Shown here piece by piece: positions 10,152 through 20,195 of a stretch of 64,000 nt of DNA. This stretch comes from an uncultured Planctomycetota bacterium (lineage in GTDB: Bacteria; Planctomycetota; Planctomycetia; Pirellulales; Lacipirellulaceae): contig CAVRBU010000002.1 in NCBI GenBank assembly GCA_963719315.1, forward strand, positions 1,632,001-1,696,000, in the 5' to 3' direction. How positions within the stretch are numbered: the first letter of the stretch is position 1; every line of letters starts with the position of its first letter. A program made the position numbers and the translations under genes. The notes under the pieces were generated by a model. That model was not told where the DNA came from and made no database searches. It was given only the letters and a program-made list of their open reading frames with translations.

Positions 10152-11750
10152 TCACTTGCTGCCGGCGTTCTCCTCCAGACTCTTCATCACCGAGTCGAGG
10201 TTGAAGGTGTCGGCCTTTTGCCGCGGTGGATACTCCTTGAACGTCGCCAGGAACTCGCCCACGTAGGCCTGGGCCGGAACCATCAGGTAGATCCGATGGA
10301 ACAGCCAGTCGTAGTACGTGTTCGACGTGACGTTGGCCCGCTCGTACGGGTCAGTCCGCAGGTTGAAGAGCAACGGCACGCGGAGCGTGGTGAAAGGTTC
10401 CGCCCAGACGCGCAATGTGCCCGGGGCTCGTTGTTCCATGAACAGCAGCTTCCAGTTGTCGTAGCGCAGCGCTGCGACTTGTTGTTCGTCCGTGCAATAG
10501 ATGAATGACGCCCGCGGGCTCTTATCAGTTCCGCCGGTGAGGTAGGGCACCAGGTTGTACCCGTCGAGGTGGATCTTGTAGTTCATGTCCCCGACCTTGT
10601 AACCCTTGAGCAGCTTCTCGGTAACGTCGGGGTCGCCGGCCATGGCGAGCAGAGTCGGAAGCCAGTCGAGGTGCGAGACGATCCCATTCGCCACCGAGCC
10701 TGGCTTGATCTTGCCCGGCCACTTGACCATGCACGGAATGCGGTAGGCGCCTTCCCAGCTTGTATTCTTTTCATTGCGGAACGGCGTCATCGCGCCGTCC
10801 GGCCAGGTGTTCATGTGCGGGCCGTTATCGGTCGAGTACATGACGAACGTATTGTCCTCGATGCCGGCATCCTTGATGGCCTTGAGCACCTCGCCGACAT
10901 TCTTGTCGTGGTCGATCATCACGTCGTGATAGGTGCTTTGCCACTGCCCCGCTTGGCCGATGCTTCCTTCCTTCGGATGCGTGAAGGCATGCATGTGGGT
11001 GAAGTTCACCCAGATGAAGAAGGGTTTACCATCTTTCGCTTGCCGCTTGATATAGTCGGCCGAACGTTGGGCGATATCGTCGTCGATCGTTTCCATCCGC
11101 TTCCGGGTCAGCGGGCCAGTGTCCTTGATCGTCTGCTTGCCAACCTTGCCGAATCGCGGATCGACGGTCGGGTCATCCGTGGCCGATGCCTTGCATTCGA
11201 GCACGCCACGGGGGCCGAACTTGGCACGGAACGCCGGGTCCTTCGGGTAGTCCACATGCTCTGGCTCCTCCTCGGCGTTCAGGTGATACAGGTTGCCGTA
11301 AAATTCATCGAAGCCATGAACCGTCGGCAGGTATTCATTGCGGTCGCCGAGGTGGTTCTTGCCGATCTGGGCGGTGGCATACCCTTGCGCCTTGAGCAGG
11401 TTGGCGATGGTCGGGTCTTCTTTCTGCATACCCGCCTTTGCCCCGGGCATCCCGACCTTCGTCAGTCCCGTCCTCATCCCGTGCTGGCCGGTGATGAACG
11501 ATGCGCGACCGGCGGTGCAACTCTGCTCACCGTAATAGTCGGTGAAAATCATGCCCTCGTTGGCAATACTGTCGATATTGGGCGTGCGGTAACCCATCAG
11601 CCCCTTGCTGTAGGCGCTGACGTTTGACTGACCGATGTCGTCGCCCCAGATGATGACGATGTTCGGTTTGTCGGCAGCTGACGCTGTAGTAGTCAGCAGT
11701 GCGATGGCCGCGACCCATGAAAGTGCTACGCGGAACTGAAAGTAACGCAT
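10152..11750 (-). CDS. Arylsulfatase (formylglycine-dependent, Cys-type)
   Basis: Signal peptide, KPNIVIIWGDD, SCTAGRASF, GKNHLG, STDNG, WEGAYRIP; GGAGG RBS before ATG 11750. Confidence 0.95.
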   Translation of the reverse strand: MRYFQFRVALSWVAAIALLTTTASAADKPNIVIIWGDDIGQSNVSAYSKGLMGYRTPNIDSIANEGMIFTDYYGEQSCTAGRASFITGQHGMRTGLTKVGMPGAKAGMQKEDPTIANLLKAQGYATAQIGKNHLGDRNEYLPTVHGFDEFYGNLYHLNAEEEPEHVDYPKDPAFRAKFGPRGVLECKASATDDPTVDPRFGKVGKQTIKDTGPLTRKRMETIDDDIAQRSADYIKRQAKDGKPFFIWVNFTHMHAFTHPKEGSIGQAGQWQSTYHDVMIDHDKNVGEVLKAIKDAGIEDNTFVMYSTDNGPHMNTWPDGAMTPFRNEKNTSWEGAYRIPCMVKWPGKIKPGSVANGIVSHLDWLPTLLAMAGDPDVTEKLLKGYKVGDMNYKIHLDGYNLVPYLTGGTDKSPRASFIYCTDEQQVAALRYDNWKLLFMEQRAPGTLRVWAEPFTTLRVPLLFNLRTDPYERANVTSNTYYDWLFHRIYLMVPAQAYVGEFLATFKEYPPRQKADTFNLDSVMKSLEENAGSK

Positions 11751-12121
11751 AGAGTCCTCCGCGAGATTAGAGGTGAGGTACGGAAACTCACTCAACGCGC
11801 CCATATTATCATTCCGCGGAGTCTGTGGTTGCAACCTTTAGCCGCAATTTTTCTCGCTCTAAGGGTTTTTGCCCATCTCGCTCCGGTCGGGAAGCGGGCA
11901 AGCTGGAGTGATTTCGTCAAGAATTGCAGGCTATGCATGCCGCGCAGCGTTTAATGCGTACAGCTTTACGCTCACAAGCGGCGAAGAAACGGCCACGCAG
12001 TTTGTCGGCACGTATGGCGTCAGTTGGAAAATCTGCGATCACATCCGCTGGGATTCCACCATTCGTTGCGGCACCGCCGGTGATGCGGCCAGCCGCTTTC
12101 TGATTGTAGCAAAGGTGACTG

Positions 12122-14092
12122 CCATGTGGATTTCAAGTCCTTGGGTTAAATTTGTGCGGCGACGTACGGCGATCGGTCCACCGGCGAGGTGGTTTTTTTG
12201 AGGTTCGTGCAGGTCTCGGTCTTCAATCACGCGAGAGGATTATCTCTGTCGTCTTGGTGATCACGTATCGCCGTACAGGTAATGCATAAGAGGGACGGCC
12301 CCGAACTGCCGTATCAGGCGGTGGTGATCCGACAGAGCGCCATGCACCTGAAAAGGCAGGAATGCCATAGGGCGTGAAGGCGGTGTCAATCCTCACACGA
12401 GTTCAGGACCGTTCCCTGTTTTCATTTGCTTGTGCGATTCTTATATTCAAGCAGGCCAAGACAGCCGGCAATACGTCACCGATCGGCTTGGGGCCCTGTC
12501 GGCGACGCGTGTGCTGCTGCAGGACGTCCGCGACGATTATCGCTTCATGGCTGCAAGTGTTATAGGGTAGTTGCCCAACAGCGGCTTCCAGGTCAGCCAA
12601 CAAGACATCCATGGGTGTCTCATGCTCCTGATGAAAGCGACGCAGTTTGTCCAGTATAGAGTCGGGCTTTTGAAAGCATGAATGGCGCATCGGCTCGTCC
12701 CCGGCGACACAGGCCAGCGCCAAGCGGCTGAATCGCTTGGCGATCTTAACGCGACTGGCCCGCTTGTCGACGCCCCGGGCTATGTCCACTTCTGCCTGGC
12801 CGCGGTAATAATTGCAGTGACAAGCCAGGTTGTCGGCGATTCCCATGAGCACGCAGCGCAGCCGACGATTGGCCTGGCGGATTAACTCTCCATTGGCGTT
12901 GTCCGTTTGATCGCTTTGATAACGGGACGGGAACAAGCCCGCGCGACCGGTGATGGCGTTCGCGTTGGCGTACCCTGAAATGGGTCCCATTTCTGCCGCT
13001 AACTCGGCGGCCGAAACGACGTTGATACCGGCGATGGCCATCAGGCGAATGTAAGGAGTCTGCACCACGTCGCCGGCAAGTTGTCGCTCCAAGGCAGCGA
13101 TTTGCCGTTGAAAATGCTGATAGAGCTCGTACAGATCGGTCCAGATGGCATGGTGCATCGGCCCGTCTTGAATGGGATCGTCCGTCGCTTGCGTCGCCCA
13201 GGCGAGAACTTTGTCGATGGTGCGCAGCTGGTGGCGAACCTTGTTCTTGCTCAGATATCGGCTCAAGCCATTCCGTCCAAGTTGGAGCAGTTTGGCAGGT
13301 GAGTCGCAGTGGACGGCGATCGGCAGTGCTGTAGGCGATTCAAACAAGCCACTGAACAGCCCGGCATATCCAGGCATCGCCAGATGCAAGTGGTCGCGAA
13401 TCTGGCAGGCCAGCGCGGCCGACTTCTGAACAAGGTCGCGGCGATGGCGTGCGCGTAGCTGCAGATCTCGATAAGGAGGTTCCAATTCCAGCTCGCGCAG
13501 CCCAAAGCCGGCGACCGCAGCACGATGTTGTGCATAGAGGTCATTTTCATCGGTCTTGTTGCCCGGATTGGCCGGCATTCGATACTGCTTGGTAGCGAAC
13601 GGATGGACCACACGCGTTTCGAATCCGGCTCTGGCGAAGGCTCGCTTGGGAGGAAGATAGTAGTTTCCCGTTCGCTCAACCACGACGATTGTGTCCTGGA
13701 TACCATGCCGCTGTTGCGCTTGTCGGATCATCTCCACCGCCACATTGAAGAAGACGCTTTGGTGCTCGACGGTTTGAGGTCCAATCAGCAGGTTGCCAAA
13801 GTAGTCTGCCATCATCCACTCCGATCGATGCTTGGCGGGATCGACACAGACGATGGCAAAGTGTTCACCACCTACTTTTTGGACACGTGGACTGATCATT
13901 CCACTCGGTTTTTGCAGCGACTGCCTGCGTGGCTTGGCTTTGTGCTGCACACGGCCGGTTCGTCTGACGTGGTACGACATGTTGGATTCTCCGTAATCGG
14001 GGAAAGTAAAGGTGCGGACCTGAACTTTCCCCACAGCAATCCAAGCTGACGATCCTCCAGAAGAAGTATTTTGGGGATCTAAGCGTCATACC
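12122..14092 (-). mobile_element. IS110-family insertion sequence (boundaries tentative)
   Basis: IS110 transposase plus ~280 nt structured 3' non-coding end with an outward TTGAAA near 12131-12136; ends guessed from a repeated CC core; no TIRs seen. Confidence 0.6.
12403..13980 (-). CDS. IS110-family (DEDD) transposase/recombinase, 525 aa, with N- and C-terminal extensions
   Basis: VCVDPAK, VVVERTGNYY, NKTDENDL RuvC-like DEDD residues; LMAIAGINVVSAAELAAEMG and AGLFPSRYQSD Tnp_20-like region. Confidence 0.9.
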   Translation of the reverse strand: MSYHVRRTGRVQHKAKPRRQSLQKPSGMISPRVQKVGGEHFAIVCVDPAKHRSEWMMADYFGNLLIGPQTVEHQSVFFNVAVEMIRQAQQRHGIQDTIVVVERTGNYYLPPKRAFARAGFETRVVHPFATKQYRMPANPGNKTDENDLYAQHRAAVAGFGLRELELEPPYRDLQLRARHRRDLVQKSAALACQIRDHLHLAMPGYAGLFSGLFESPTALPIAVHCDSPAKLLQLGRNGLSRYLSKNKVRHQLRTIDKVLAWATQATDDPIQDGPMHHAIWTDLYELYQHFQRQIAALERQLAGDVVQTPYIRLMAIAGINVVSAAELAAEMGPISGYANANAITGRAGLFPSRYQSDQTDNANGELIRQANRRLRCVLMGIADNLACHCNYYRGQAEVDIARGVDKRASRVKIAKRFSRLALACVAGDEPMRHSCFQKPDSILDKLRRFHQEHETPMDVLLADLEAAVGQLPYNTCSHEAIIVADVLQQHTRRRQGPKPIGDVLPAVLACLNIRIAQANENRERS

Positions 14093-14461
14093 TGGGCGTG
14101 TCCTTAGTCGTCCAGTTGCGCTAATTTCCCGCTCACCAACTTGCCGATTTTGCGATACATAAAGGACGTTGAACTAAACCGGGGACGGTAGGAAAGAAGA
14201 TCTTATCTCAATGCGACCGGCGCCAGTTGGGCAGTCCCTTGCGCACCGCTTTCATCGCCTCGGCCGCACTACACGCATCGGGATTGAACGCGCCGAGGAC
14301 GTGCGTTCGACGCTCAGCAACATTTGCACGTGCGATTGGCTCTCCCATTCCCCGGCCTCTATTGATTGGCGGCACCCGATCGCGACGAGCCAATCAGGCC
14401 AGTCGTGCCGATTGTTGGTGGGGAATCGGCGTTGGTGACGACGCTATGGCTCGGGCGGGTT

Positions 14462-15793
14462 TCAATTGGCGGCCGGTGCGGAGGATTCGAGGCGGTAGAG
14501 GTGCGACTTCGTGCGGAGGATGAGGGTGCGGCCGTCGACGGCGGGTGACGCCATAAAACCGTCGTCGAGGGTGTTGGTGGCGACGAGGTCGAATTTTCGG
14601 CCGGGGGTGATGATGGTGCATTGGCCGTCGCGATCGCAGAAGTAGAGGTGGCCATCGGCGTAGATGGGCGAGGCGGCGAAGGAACCGCCGACGCGTTTTT
14701 GCCAGACGAGTTTGCCGTTGGCGGCGTCGAAGCAGCGGACGATGCCATCGTCGTTGGACATGTAGATCAGGCCGTCCACGAGGATCGGCGAGGAGGTGTG
14801 GGCGACGCCGGTTTTCAGCCGCCAGAGGACGTTGTCGGTTTCAGTAAGGTTGCCGGTTGCCGCGGCGCGGATGGACCAGAGCTCGGGGTGGATGTTGCCC
14901 GTGATCATGTAGGCGATGCCGTCGCGATAGATCGGGCGCGGCGCGATGCTGAAGTCGTCGAACACGATTCGCCAGCGCTCTTTGCCGGAGCGTGGGTCGT
15001 AGGCGAAAGCACTCATCGCGCCGCCGCTGAGCATGAGCGGTTCGCCGTTCGGCAGTTGGACGATAAGAGGCGTGCTGTGGGCTTTGCGCATGTCGCCGTC
15101 GCGAGCGCGTTGGGCGGCATCTGGCGATTTGCCTGTGACGTCCTGATCTTGCCACTCAACGTCCCGATCCGTCCGCCAGACCGTATCACCAGTTTTCTTG
15201 TCGAGCGCGACAACGTATTGCTGATCGACTCCGTCGAGCGTGAGAATTACGAGATTTTCGTACAGCACGACGGAGGACGAGGGACCGCGGTAGTGGCGGC
15301 AGGGGAGGTCGGTGCGTTGCCAGAGTACGTTGCCCGTCTTCGTATCGAGGCAGGCGGTGCCATAGCTGCCGAAGTGGACGTACACGCGGCCGGGTTCGAT
15401 TGCGGGCGACGGCGCGGCGTAGCAATTCGTGTTGTTGCCGAGCGGTTCGGGCGAGTCGCAGTGGAACAGTTTATTATTGTGGAGGATGTTGCCGGAACCG
15501 ACGTCGACGCAGATGGCGTAGAAATCGTGGCCGTCGTCGGTCGCGGTAGTGAGCCAGATTTGGCCGTCCATGACGACGGGCGTGGACCAGCCGTGAAACG
15601 GGATGGGCGTTTTCCAGCGGACGTTTTCGGACTCGCTCCACGTGGTCGGCAGGCCGATGGGCTTGCGATCGTCCGCAGCTGCGACGTAGCCGTTGCCGAA
15701 TGGGCCGCGGAATTCGGGCCAATCGGCGCGGGCGAAGGCGGACGCGAGTGCGACGAGCAAGCAGGCTGCGATGCGAATGAAAGGGGGGAGCAT
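14462..15793 (-). CDS. PQQ-like beta-propeller (BamB-like) secreted protein
   Basis: Signal peptide, DWPEFRGP, LPTTWSESENVRWKT, GWSTPVV, FAASPIYADG; family expanded in planctomycetes. Confidence 0.9.
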   Translation of the reverse strand: MLPPFIRIAACLLVALASAFARADWPEFRGPFGNGYVAAADDRKPIGLPTTWSESENVRWKTPIPFHGWSTPVVMDGQIWLTTATDDGHDFYAICVDVGSGNILHNNKLFHCDSPEPLGNNTNCYAAPSPAIEPGRVYVHFGSYGTACLDTKTGNVLWQRTDLPCRHYRGPSSSVVLYENLVILTLDGVDQQYVVALDKKTGDTVWRTDRDVEWQDQDVTGKSPDAAQRARDGDMRKAHSTPLIVQLPNGEPLMLSGGAMSAFAYDPRSGKERWRIVFDDFSIAPRPIYRDGIAYMITGNIHPELWSIRAAATGNLTETDNVLWRLKTGVAHTSSPILVDGLIYMSNDDGIVRCFDAANGKLVWQKRVGGSFAASPIYADGHLYFCDRDGQCTIITPGRKFDLVATNTLDDGFMASPAVDGRTLILRTKSHLYRLESSAPAAN

Positions 15794-15794
15794 A

Positions 15795-15827
15795 TTGTCC
15801 GTTGTCCGTTGTCCGTTGTCCGTTGTC
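15795..15827. repeat. 7-bp tandem repeat (TTGTCCG)x4.7
   Basis: ttgtccg ttgtccg ttgtccg ttgtccg ttgtc, followed by an inverted cggacaa. Confidence 0.9.
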
Positions 15828-15883
15828 AATGCAGCGGACAATGGGGCGGTGTCCTAAATTTGGCACCGTTCGGACCGGAACTT

Positions 15884-15935
15884 TGTAGCCCGGACTTCAG
15901 TCCGTACGAGAATCACGGACTAAAGTCCGTGCTAC
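15884..15935. repeat. GTAG-capped REP-like inverted doublet
   Basis: GTAGCCCGGACTTCAGTCCGT ... ACGGACTAAAGTCCGTGCTAC. Confidence 0.8.
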
Positions 15936-15967
15936 ATGGTTGGATACCACCGACTATGGATCACGGA

Positions 15968-17023
15968 CTACGGGCAACCGGCCGCTTGGCGGCGGGGGTT
16001 GCGATAGAGGATATTAGCCAGGAGTTCGCGCGAGCCGGTGGCGCCGTTGCGGTCGTGGTGCCAATTCGTGTGAGTGGGGATAAAAGTCTCGTCGCGAGGC
16101 CACGGGTCGAGTGGTTCGCTGTCTCCGAGGGCTGTGGCGAGAGCAGTGGAGTTCATGGTTACATCGCCGGCGCGCGGCGGGACTGGACCGGCATCGATGC
16201 GCGGGCAGCCCATCAGGAGGTTGGGGTCGTAACCGCCGACGCGGTTAACGACTTGGGCGATTTGATAAAGCGATAGGGCACGAGGGCCGCCGGCGTGGTA
16301 GAGGCCGCTGAGGTCGCTCGCTAGGACGCGCTCGTAGAGGCGGTTGAGGCAATCGGTGTAGGCGGGCGTGCGGACTTCGTCGAAATACAGCGTGGCGGGC
16401 CGGCCCTTTTTGAATCGCGATTGAATCCAATCGATCGCACCGGCATGGCCATTGAAGCTCACGCCCATCGGCAGCGAGATGCGGAGCGTGCAAGCAGCGG
16501 GCTGCCAATCGGCGAGCAGTTGCTCAGCGGAGACCATGGTTTTGCCGTACACGGTGACGGGGTCGGTGGGGTCGGACTCCGAATAAGGGGGAAGGGGGAG
16601 TGGGGAATGGGGAGAGGGGAATATGGAGTCGCGAACGCCGGAATAGACGAGGTCGATCGAGAGGTGGACGAGGCGGATGTCGCGTTCGGCGATAATCGAG
16701 AGCAGGTTGATTAGGCCTTCAACGTTGGTACGCCAGGCGAGACGGGTATCGAGCTCGCATGCGCGGAGAGCGCAATTGCCGGCGCAGTTGAGGACGGACC
16801 GGAACTGGTACTCGTCGAACAGGGTTCGCAGGCGGCCGTGGTCTTCGGCGTTGCAGGGGATGATGCCGTCGCCGGTGAGCGGCCAGTTGTCTTCCTGGCG
16901 GATGGCGATGACCTGGCCGGCGTAGCGGGCGCGGAAATAGTGATACGCGTTGTAGCCGGCGACGCCGGCGACGCCGGTGATGAGGAGGGGGAGCGGTAGT
17001 GGATCGTGGGCGTGGGTGGTCAC
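15968..17023 (-). CDS. RmlD-like (dTDP-4-dehydrorhamnose reductase-like) extended SDR
   Basis: LLITGVAGVAG, VLNCAG, LVHLSIDLVYSG, VYGKTM (YxxxK variant), LSGLYHAGG. Confidence 0.85.
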   Translation of the reverse strand: MTTHAHDPLPLPLLITGVAGVAGYNAYHYFRARYAGQVIAIRQEDNWPLTGDGIIPCNAEDHGRLRTLFDEYQFRSVLNCAGNCALRACELDTRLAWRTNVEGLINLLSIIAERDIRLVHLSIDLVYSGVRDSIFPSPHSPLPLPPYSESDPTDPVTVYGKTMVSAEQLLADWQPAACTLRISLPMGVSFNGHAGAIDWIQSRFKKGRPATLYFDEVRTPAYTDCLNRLYERVLASDLSGLYHAGGPRALSLYQIAQVVNRVGGYDPNLLMGCPRIDAGPVPPRAGDVTMNSTALATALGDSEPLDPWPRDETFIPTHTNWHHDRNGATGSRELLANILYRNPRRQAAGCP

Positions 17024-17143
17024 GCGAACATTGTAACAGGCGAGTGGGGAGTGGGGAGATATTTGGCGACGGCGGCGACGCCGAATCGAATGCCGCAACG
17101 CTTTGAGGGGGTAGATTCGGCGTGGGCGCCGACGCTAACGGGC

Positions 17144-17935
17144 TCACGCCGCTTTTTGTCGGGCGACGAAGGCGGCGTAGTCGGCCGGCGTGTCGATGCC
17201 GCTGGCGGCGTGATCGACGACGGCGATCAGGATCGTGCCGCCGGATTGGAGCATGCGAAGTTGTTCGAGCTTCTCGGCTTGTTCGAGGTGCGACGGCGGC
17301 AGGGCGGCGATATCGAGCAGCGTGTCGCGTCGGTAGGCGTAGATGCCGAGGTGTTGGTGGAAGAGGGGCGGGTCGTTGAATGGCGCGAAGCCGCAAGCGG
17401 CTGCTGGAGCGTCGCGGATGAAGGGAATGGGGCTGCGGCTGAAGTAGAGGGCGCGGCCGGCGTTGTCGAACACGACCTTCACGCAGGCGGGGTTCACAAG
17501 TTGTTCGGGCGACGGGATTCGTGTCGCCAGCGTTGCCATGCCGGCGGTGGGCGTTTGCTCCAAGAGTTCGATCACGCGGTCGATGTTGTCGGGCGACATC
17601 TCGGGCTCGTCGCCTTGCACGTTCACCAGGACTTCGGCGCGCGGCAATTTGCGCGCGACCTCGGCGACGCGATCGGTGCCGCTCGCGCACTCGGGGCTCG
17701 TCATGATGAAGTCGCCGTGGAAACGTTCGACCTCGCGGGCGATTTCCGGGTGGTCGGTGGCGACGATCACGCCGGCCGGCTTGCGTGCGGCGCAGGCGGC
17801 TTCGTAGGTGTGTTGCAAAAGTGACTTGCCGGTTTCGCGCAGCAGCATCTTGCGCGGCAGGCGGGTGGATGCGTAACGGGCGGGAATCACGACAAAGCTA
17901 CGCGGCAGGACGGCGGCAGGGGCGGTTCGAGGCAT
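17144..17935 (-). CDS. kdsB: 3-deoxy-manno-octulosonate cytidylyltransferase
   Basis: VIPARYASTRLPRK, SGTDRVAE, VNVQGDEP, HLGIYAY, LEQAEKLEQLR, IDTPADY. Confidence 0.96.
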   Translation of the reverse strand: MPRTAPAAVLPRSFVVIPARYASTRLPRKMLLRETGKSLLQHTYEAACAARKPAGVIVATDHPEIAREVERFHGDFIMTSPECASGTDRVAEVARKLPRAEVLVNVQGDEPEMSPDNIDRVIELLEQTPTAGMATLATRIPSPEQLVNPACVKVVFDNAGRALYFSRSPIPFIRDAPAAACGFAPFNDPPLFHQHLGIYAYRRDTLLDIAALPPSHLEQAEKLEQLRMLQSGGTILIAVVDHAASGIDTPADYAAFVARQKAA

Positions 17936-18033
17936 CAGAACTCCTTGATTCGAGTCGCAATTCATAGCGAATCTCGCCGAATAGGGGTAGGTTGAAAAAG
18001 AGCGGTATACGTAGAATTACGGGCGGCGACGTG

Positions 18034-18132
18034 GGGTGGCTGGGGTCGAGCCGTAGGCGAGCCCCAGCGCGCAGTGTATGCGCCCGAGCGCTGGGGGCTC
18101 GTCCGCCGCGGCGGACTCGACCCCAGCCACCC
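18034..18132. repeat. REP-like inverted doublet (GGGTG-capped family)
   Basis: GGGTGGCTGGGGTCGAG ... GGCTCGTCCGCCGCGGCGGACTCGACCCCAGCCACCC; right half identical at 24745-24780, left half related at 43017-43050. Confidence 0.85.
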
Positions 18133-18170
18133 TTACTAATCCAGCTACACATTCTTCAGGATGGGCGTTC

Positions 18171-20138
18171 ATGTGCGGCATCGTTGGCTATATCGGCCCG
18201 TATCAGGCGATCGACTTTTTGATTGAAGGGATGCGGCGGCTGGAGTATCGCGGGTACGACAGCAGCGGCGTCGTCACGATCCACCACGGCGAGTTCGCGA
18301 TCACGAAGTCGGCCGGGCGCGTGGACGAGCTGGTCGAGAAACTGAAGACCGAGCCGGCACGCGGCGAGATCGGCCTCGGCCACACACGTTGGGCGACGCA
18401 CGGGCCGGCGACCGACGCCAATGCACATCCGCATGTGGGCGGCGATAATGTCGTGGCCCTCGTGCATAACGGCGTGATCGAAAATTTTCGCGAGCTCAAG
18501 CAGCAGTTGGCGGAGCGCGGGTATTACTGCAAGACTGCGACGGATACGGAGGTTGTAGCTCAGCTCGTGGCGGCGGAACTCGAGGCCAGGACCGGCAGCC
18601 CCGAAAAGGGGTGGCATGCTCTCGCGACGCGGCAGCATGCCCACGCTCGCGAACACGCTTTGCCCGCGACGAGTGAGCATGATGGCGCGAGCGGGGGCAT
18701 GGCACCCACTGCGGCCGATCGTTACTCACCGCTCGTCGAGGCGGTTCAGGCAGCGCTTGCGCAGTTACGCGGAACGTATGGGCTGGCGATGGTGTTTCGC
18801 GACTGGCCGGATGTGATCGTCGCGGCCCGGTTGGGGAGCCCGTTGGTGATCGGCGTGGGCGACGGCGAGCACTTCATCGCCAGCGACGGGTCGCCGCTCG
18901 TAGGACACACGGACCGAATAGTGTACCTGGCCGACCATGAAATCGCGGTCGTGTCGGCCCATTCGATTCGCGTAATCCATCGCGACGAAGGGGACGTGCG
19001 GCACAATGTAAAACTTCTCGATATCGACACGACGCAGGTCGAGCTGGGCGAGTATCCGCACTACATGCTCAAGGAAATCTTCGAGCAGCCGGAGTCGGTG
19101 TTGGCCGCGATGCGGGGGCGGCTCAATCGCGACGAGGCGACGTCCGTGTTCGGTGGGTTGAACCTCACGCCGCAGCAATTGCGGTCGATCGACCGAATCG
19201 TGCTGACGGCGTGCGGCACGAGCTGGCACTCGGCGCTCGTGGGCGAGTACATGATCGAGGCGTATGCGCGAATCCCGGTAGAGGTCGAGTATGCGAGCGA
19301 GCTGCGGTATCGCAACCCGCCCATGTCGTCGCACACGGTGCTGTTCGCGATCACACAGAGCGGCGAAACCATCGACACGCTGGCCGCCCTGCGCGAGATG
19401 AAGCGCAAAGGGCACTCGACGCTGGCGATTTGCAACGTGGTCGGCAGCACGATCGCCCGCGAGGCGGACGGCGGCATTTATTTGCACGCGGGGCCGGAGA
19501 TCGGCGTGGCGTCGACGAAGGCGTACACGTCGCAGTGCGTGGTGATGGCTCTGCTGGCCCTCTATTTCGGCCGGCTGCGGCATTTGAGCTTCGAGGCGGG
19601 GATGCGGATTATCGAAGAGCTATCGGCTTTGCCGCAGCAAGTTGAGGAAGCGCTCGAAACGAACAACGAAACGCGGCGGATCGCGGCCAAGTACGCATCC
19701 TGCAACAACTTCCTGTACCTGGGTCGGCAGTTCAACTTCCCGGCGGCGCTCGAAGGCGCGCTCAAGCTCAAGGAAATCAGCTACATTCACGCCGAGGGCT
19801 ACCCGGCCGCCGAAATGAAGCACGGGCCGATCGCGCTCGTCGACGAACAAACGCCAAGCGTGTTCATCGTGCCGCAGGGTGGCGTATACAGCAAAGTGAT
19901 TTCCAACATGGAGGAGATCAAAGCCCGCGGCGGGCCGGTGATCGCGGTCGTGGATAAGGACGATTCGCAGGCGGTCGAGTTGGCCGATGAAGTGATCCGC
20001 GTGCCGGCGGTGCCAGAGTTTTTGCAGCCGATCGTGACGGCGATTCCGTTGCAACTGCTGGCGTATCATGCGGCGATCCTGCGCGGATGCGATGTGGACA
20101 AGCCGCGGAATTTGGCGAAGAGTGTGACGGTGGAATAG
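18171..20138 (+). CDS. glmS: Glutamine--fructose-6-phosphate transaminase (isomerizing)
   Basis: MCGIVG, LEYRGYDSSG, GHTRWATHG, HNGVIEN, EGALKLKEISY, DKPRNLAKSVTVE; extra ~40 aa insert after TDTEVVAQL. Confidence 0.98.
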   Translation: MCGIVGYIGPYQAIDFLIEGMRRLEYRGYDSSGVVTIHHGEFAITKSAGRVDELVEKLKTEPARGEIGLGHTRWATHGPATDANAHPHVGGDNVVALVHNGVIENFRELKQQLAERGYYCKTATDTEVVAQLVAAELEARTGSPEKGWHALATRQHAHAREHALPATSEHDGASGGMAPTAADRYSPLVEAVQAALAQLRGTYGLAMVFRDWPDVIVAARLGSPLVIGVGDGEHFIASDGSPLVGHTDRIVYLADHEIAVVSAHSIRVIHRDEGDVRHNVKLLDIDTTQVELGEYPHYMLKEIFEQPESVLAAMRGRLNRDEATSVFGGLNLTPQQLRSIDRIVLTACGTSWHSALVGEYMIEAYARIPVEVEYASELRYRNPPMSSHTVLFAITQSGETIDTLAALREMKRKGHSTLAICNVVGSTIAREADGGIYLHAGPEIGVASTKAYTSQCVVMALLALYFGRLRHLSFEAGMRIIEELSALPQQVEEALETNNETRRIAAKYASCNNFLYLGRQFNFPAALEGALKLKEISYIHAEGYPAAEMKHGPIALVDEQTPSVFIVPQGGVYSKVISNMEEIKARGGPVIAVVDKDDSQAVELADEVIRVPAVPEFLQPIVTAIPLQLLAYHAAILRGCDVDKPRNLAKSVTVE

Positions 20139-20195
20139 GAACCTAGCCATCCGGTAGCGTTCTGAATAAAATACGGAGCGAAGGTGATACGTATC

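Noticed and set aside
14621..16276. Long antisense ORFs (also 41095-42648, 28324-29562, 10569-11627)
   Set aside because: Shadow frames of well-supported genes, expected in high-GC DNA.
17936..18170. glmS ribozyme upstream of glmS
   Set aside because: The structured sequence there is a REP-like element repeated at 24745; no ribozyme core motif seen.
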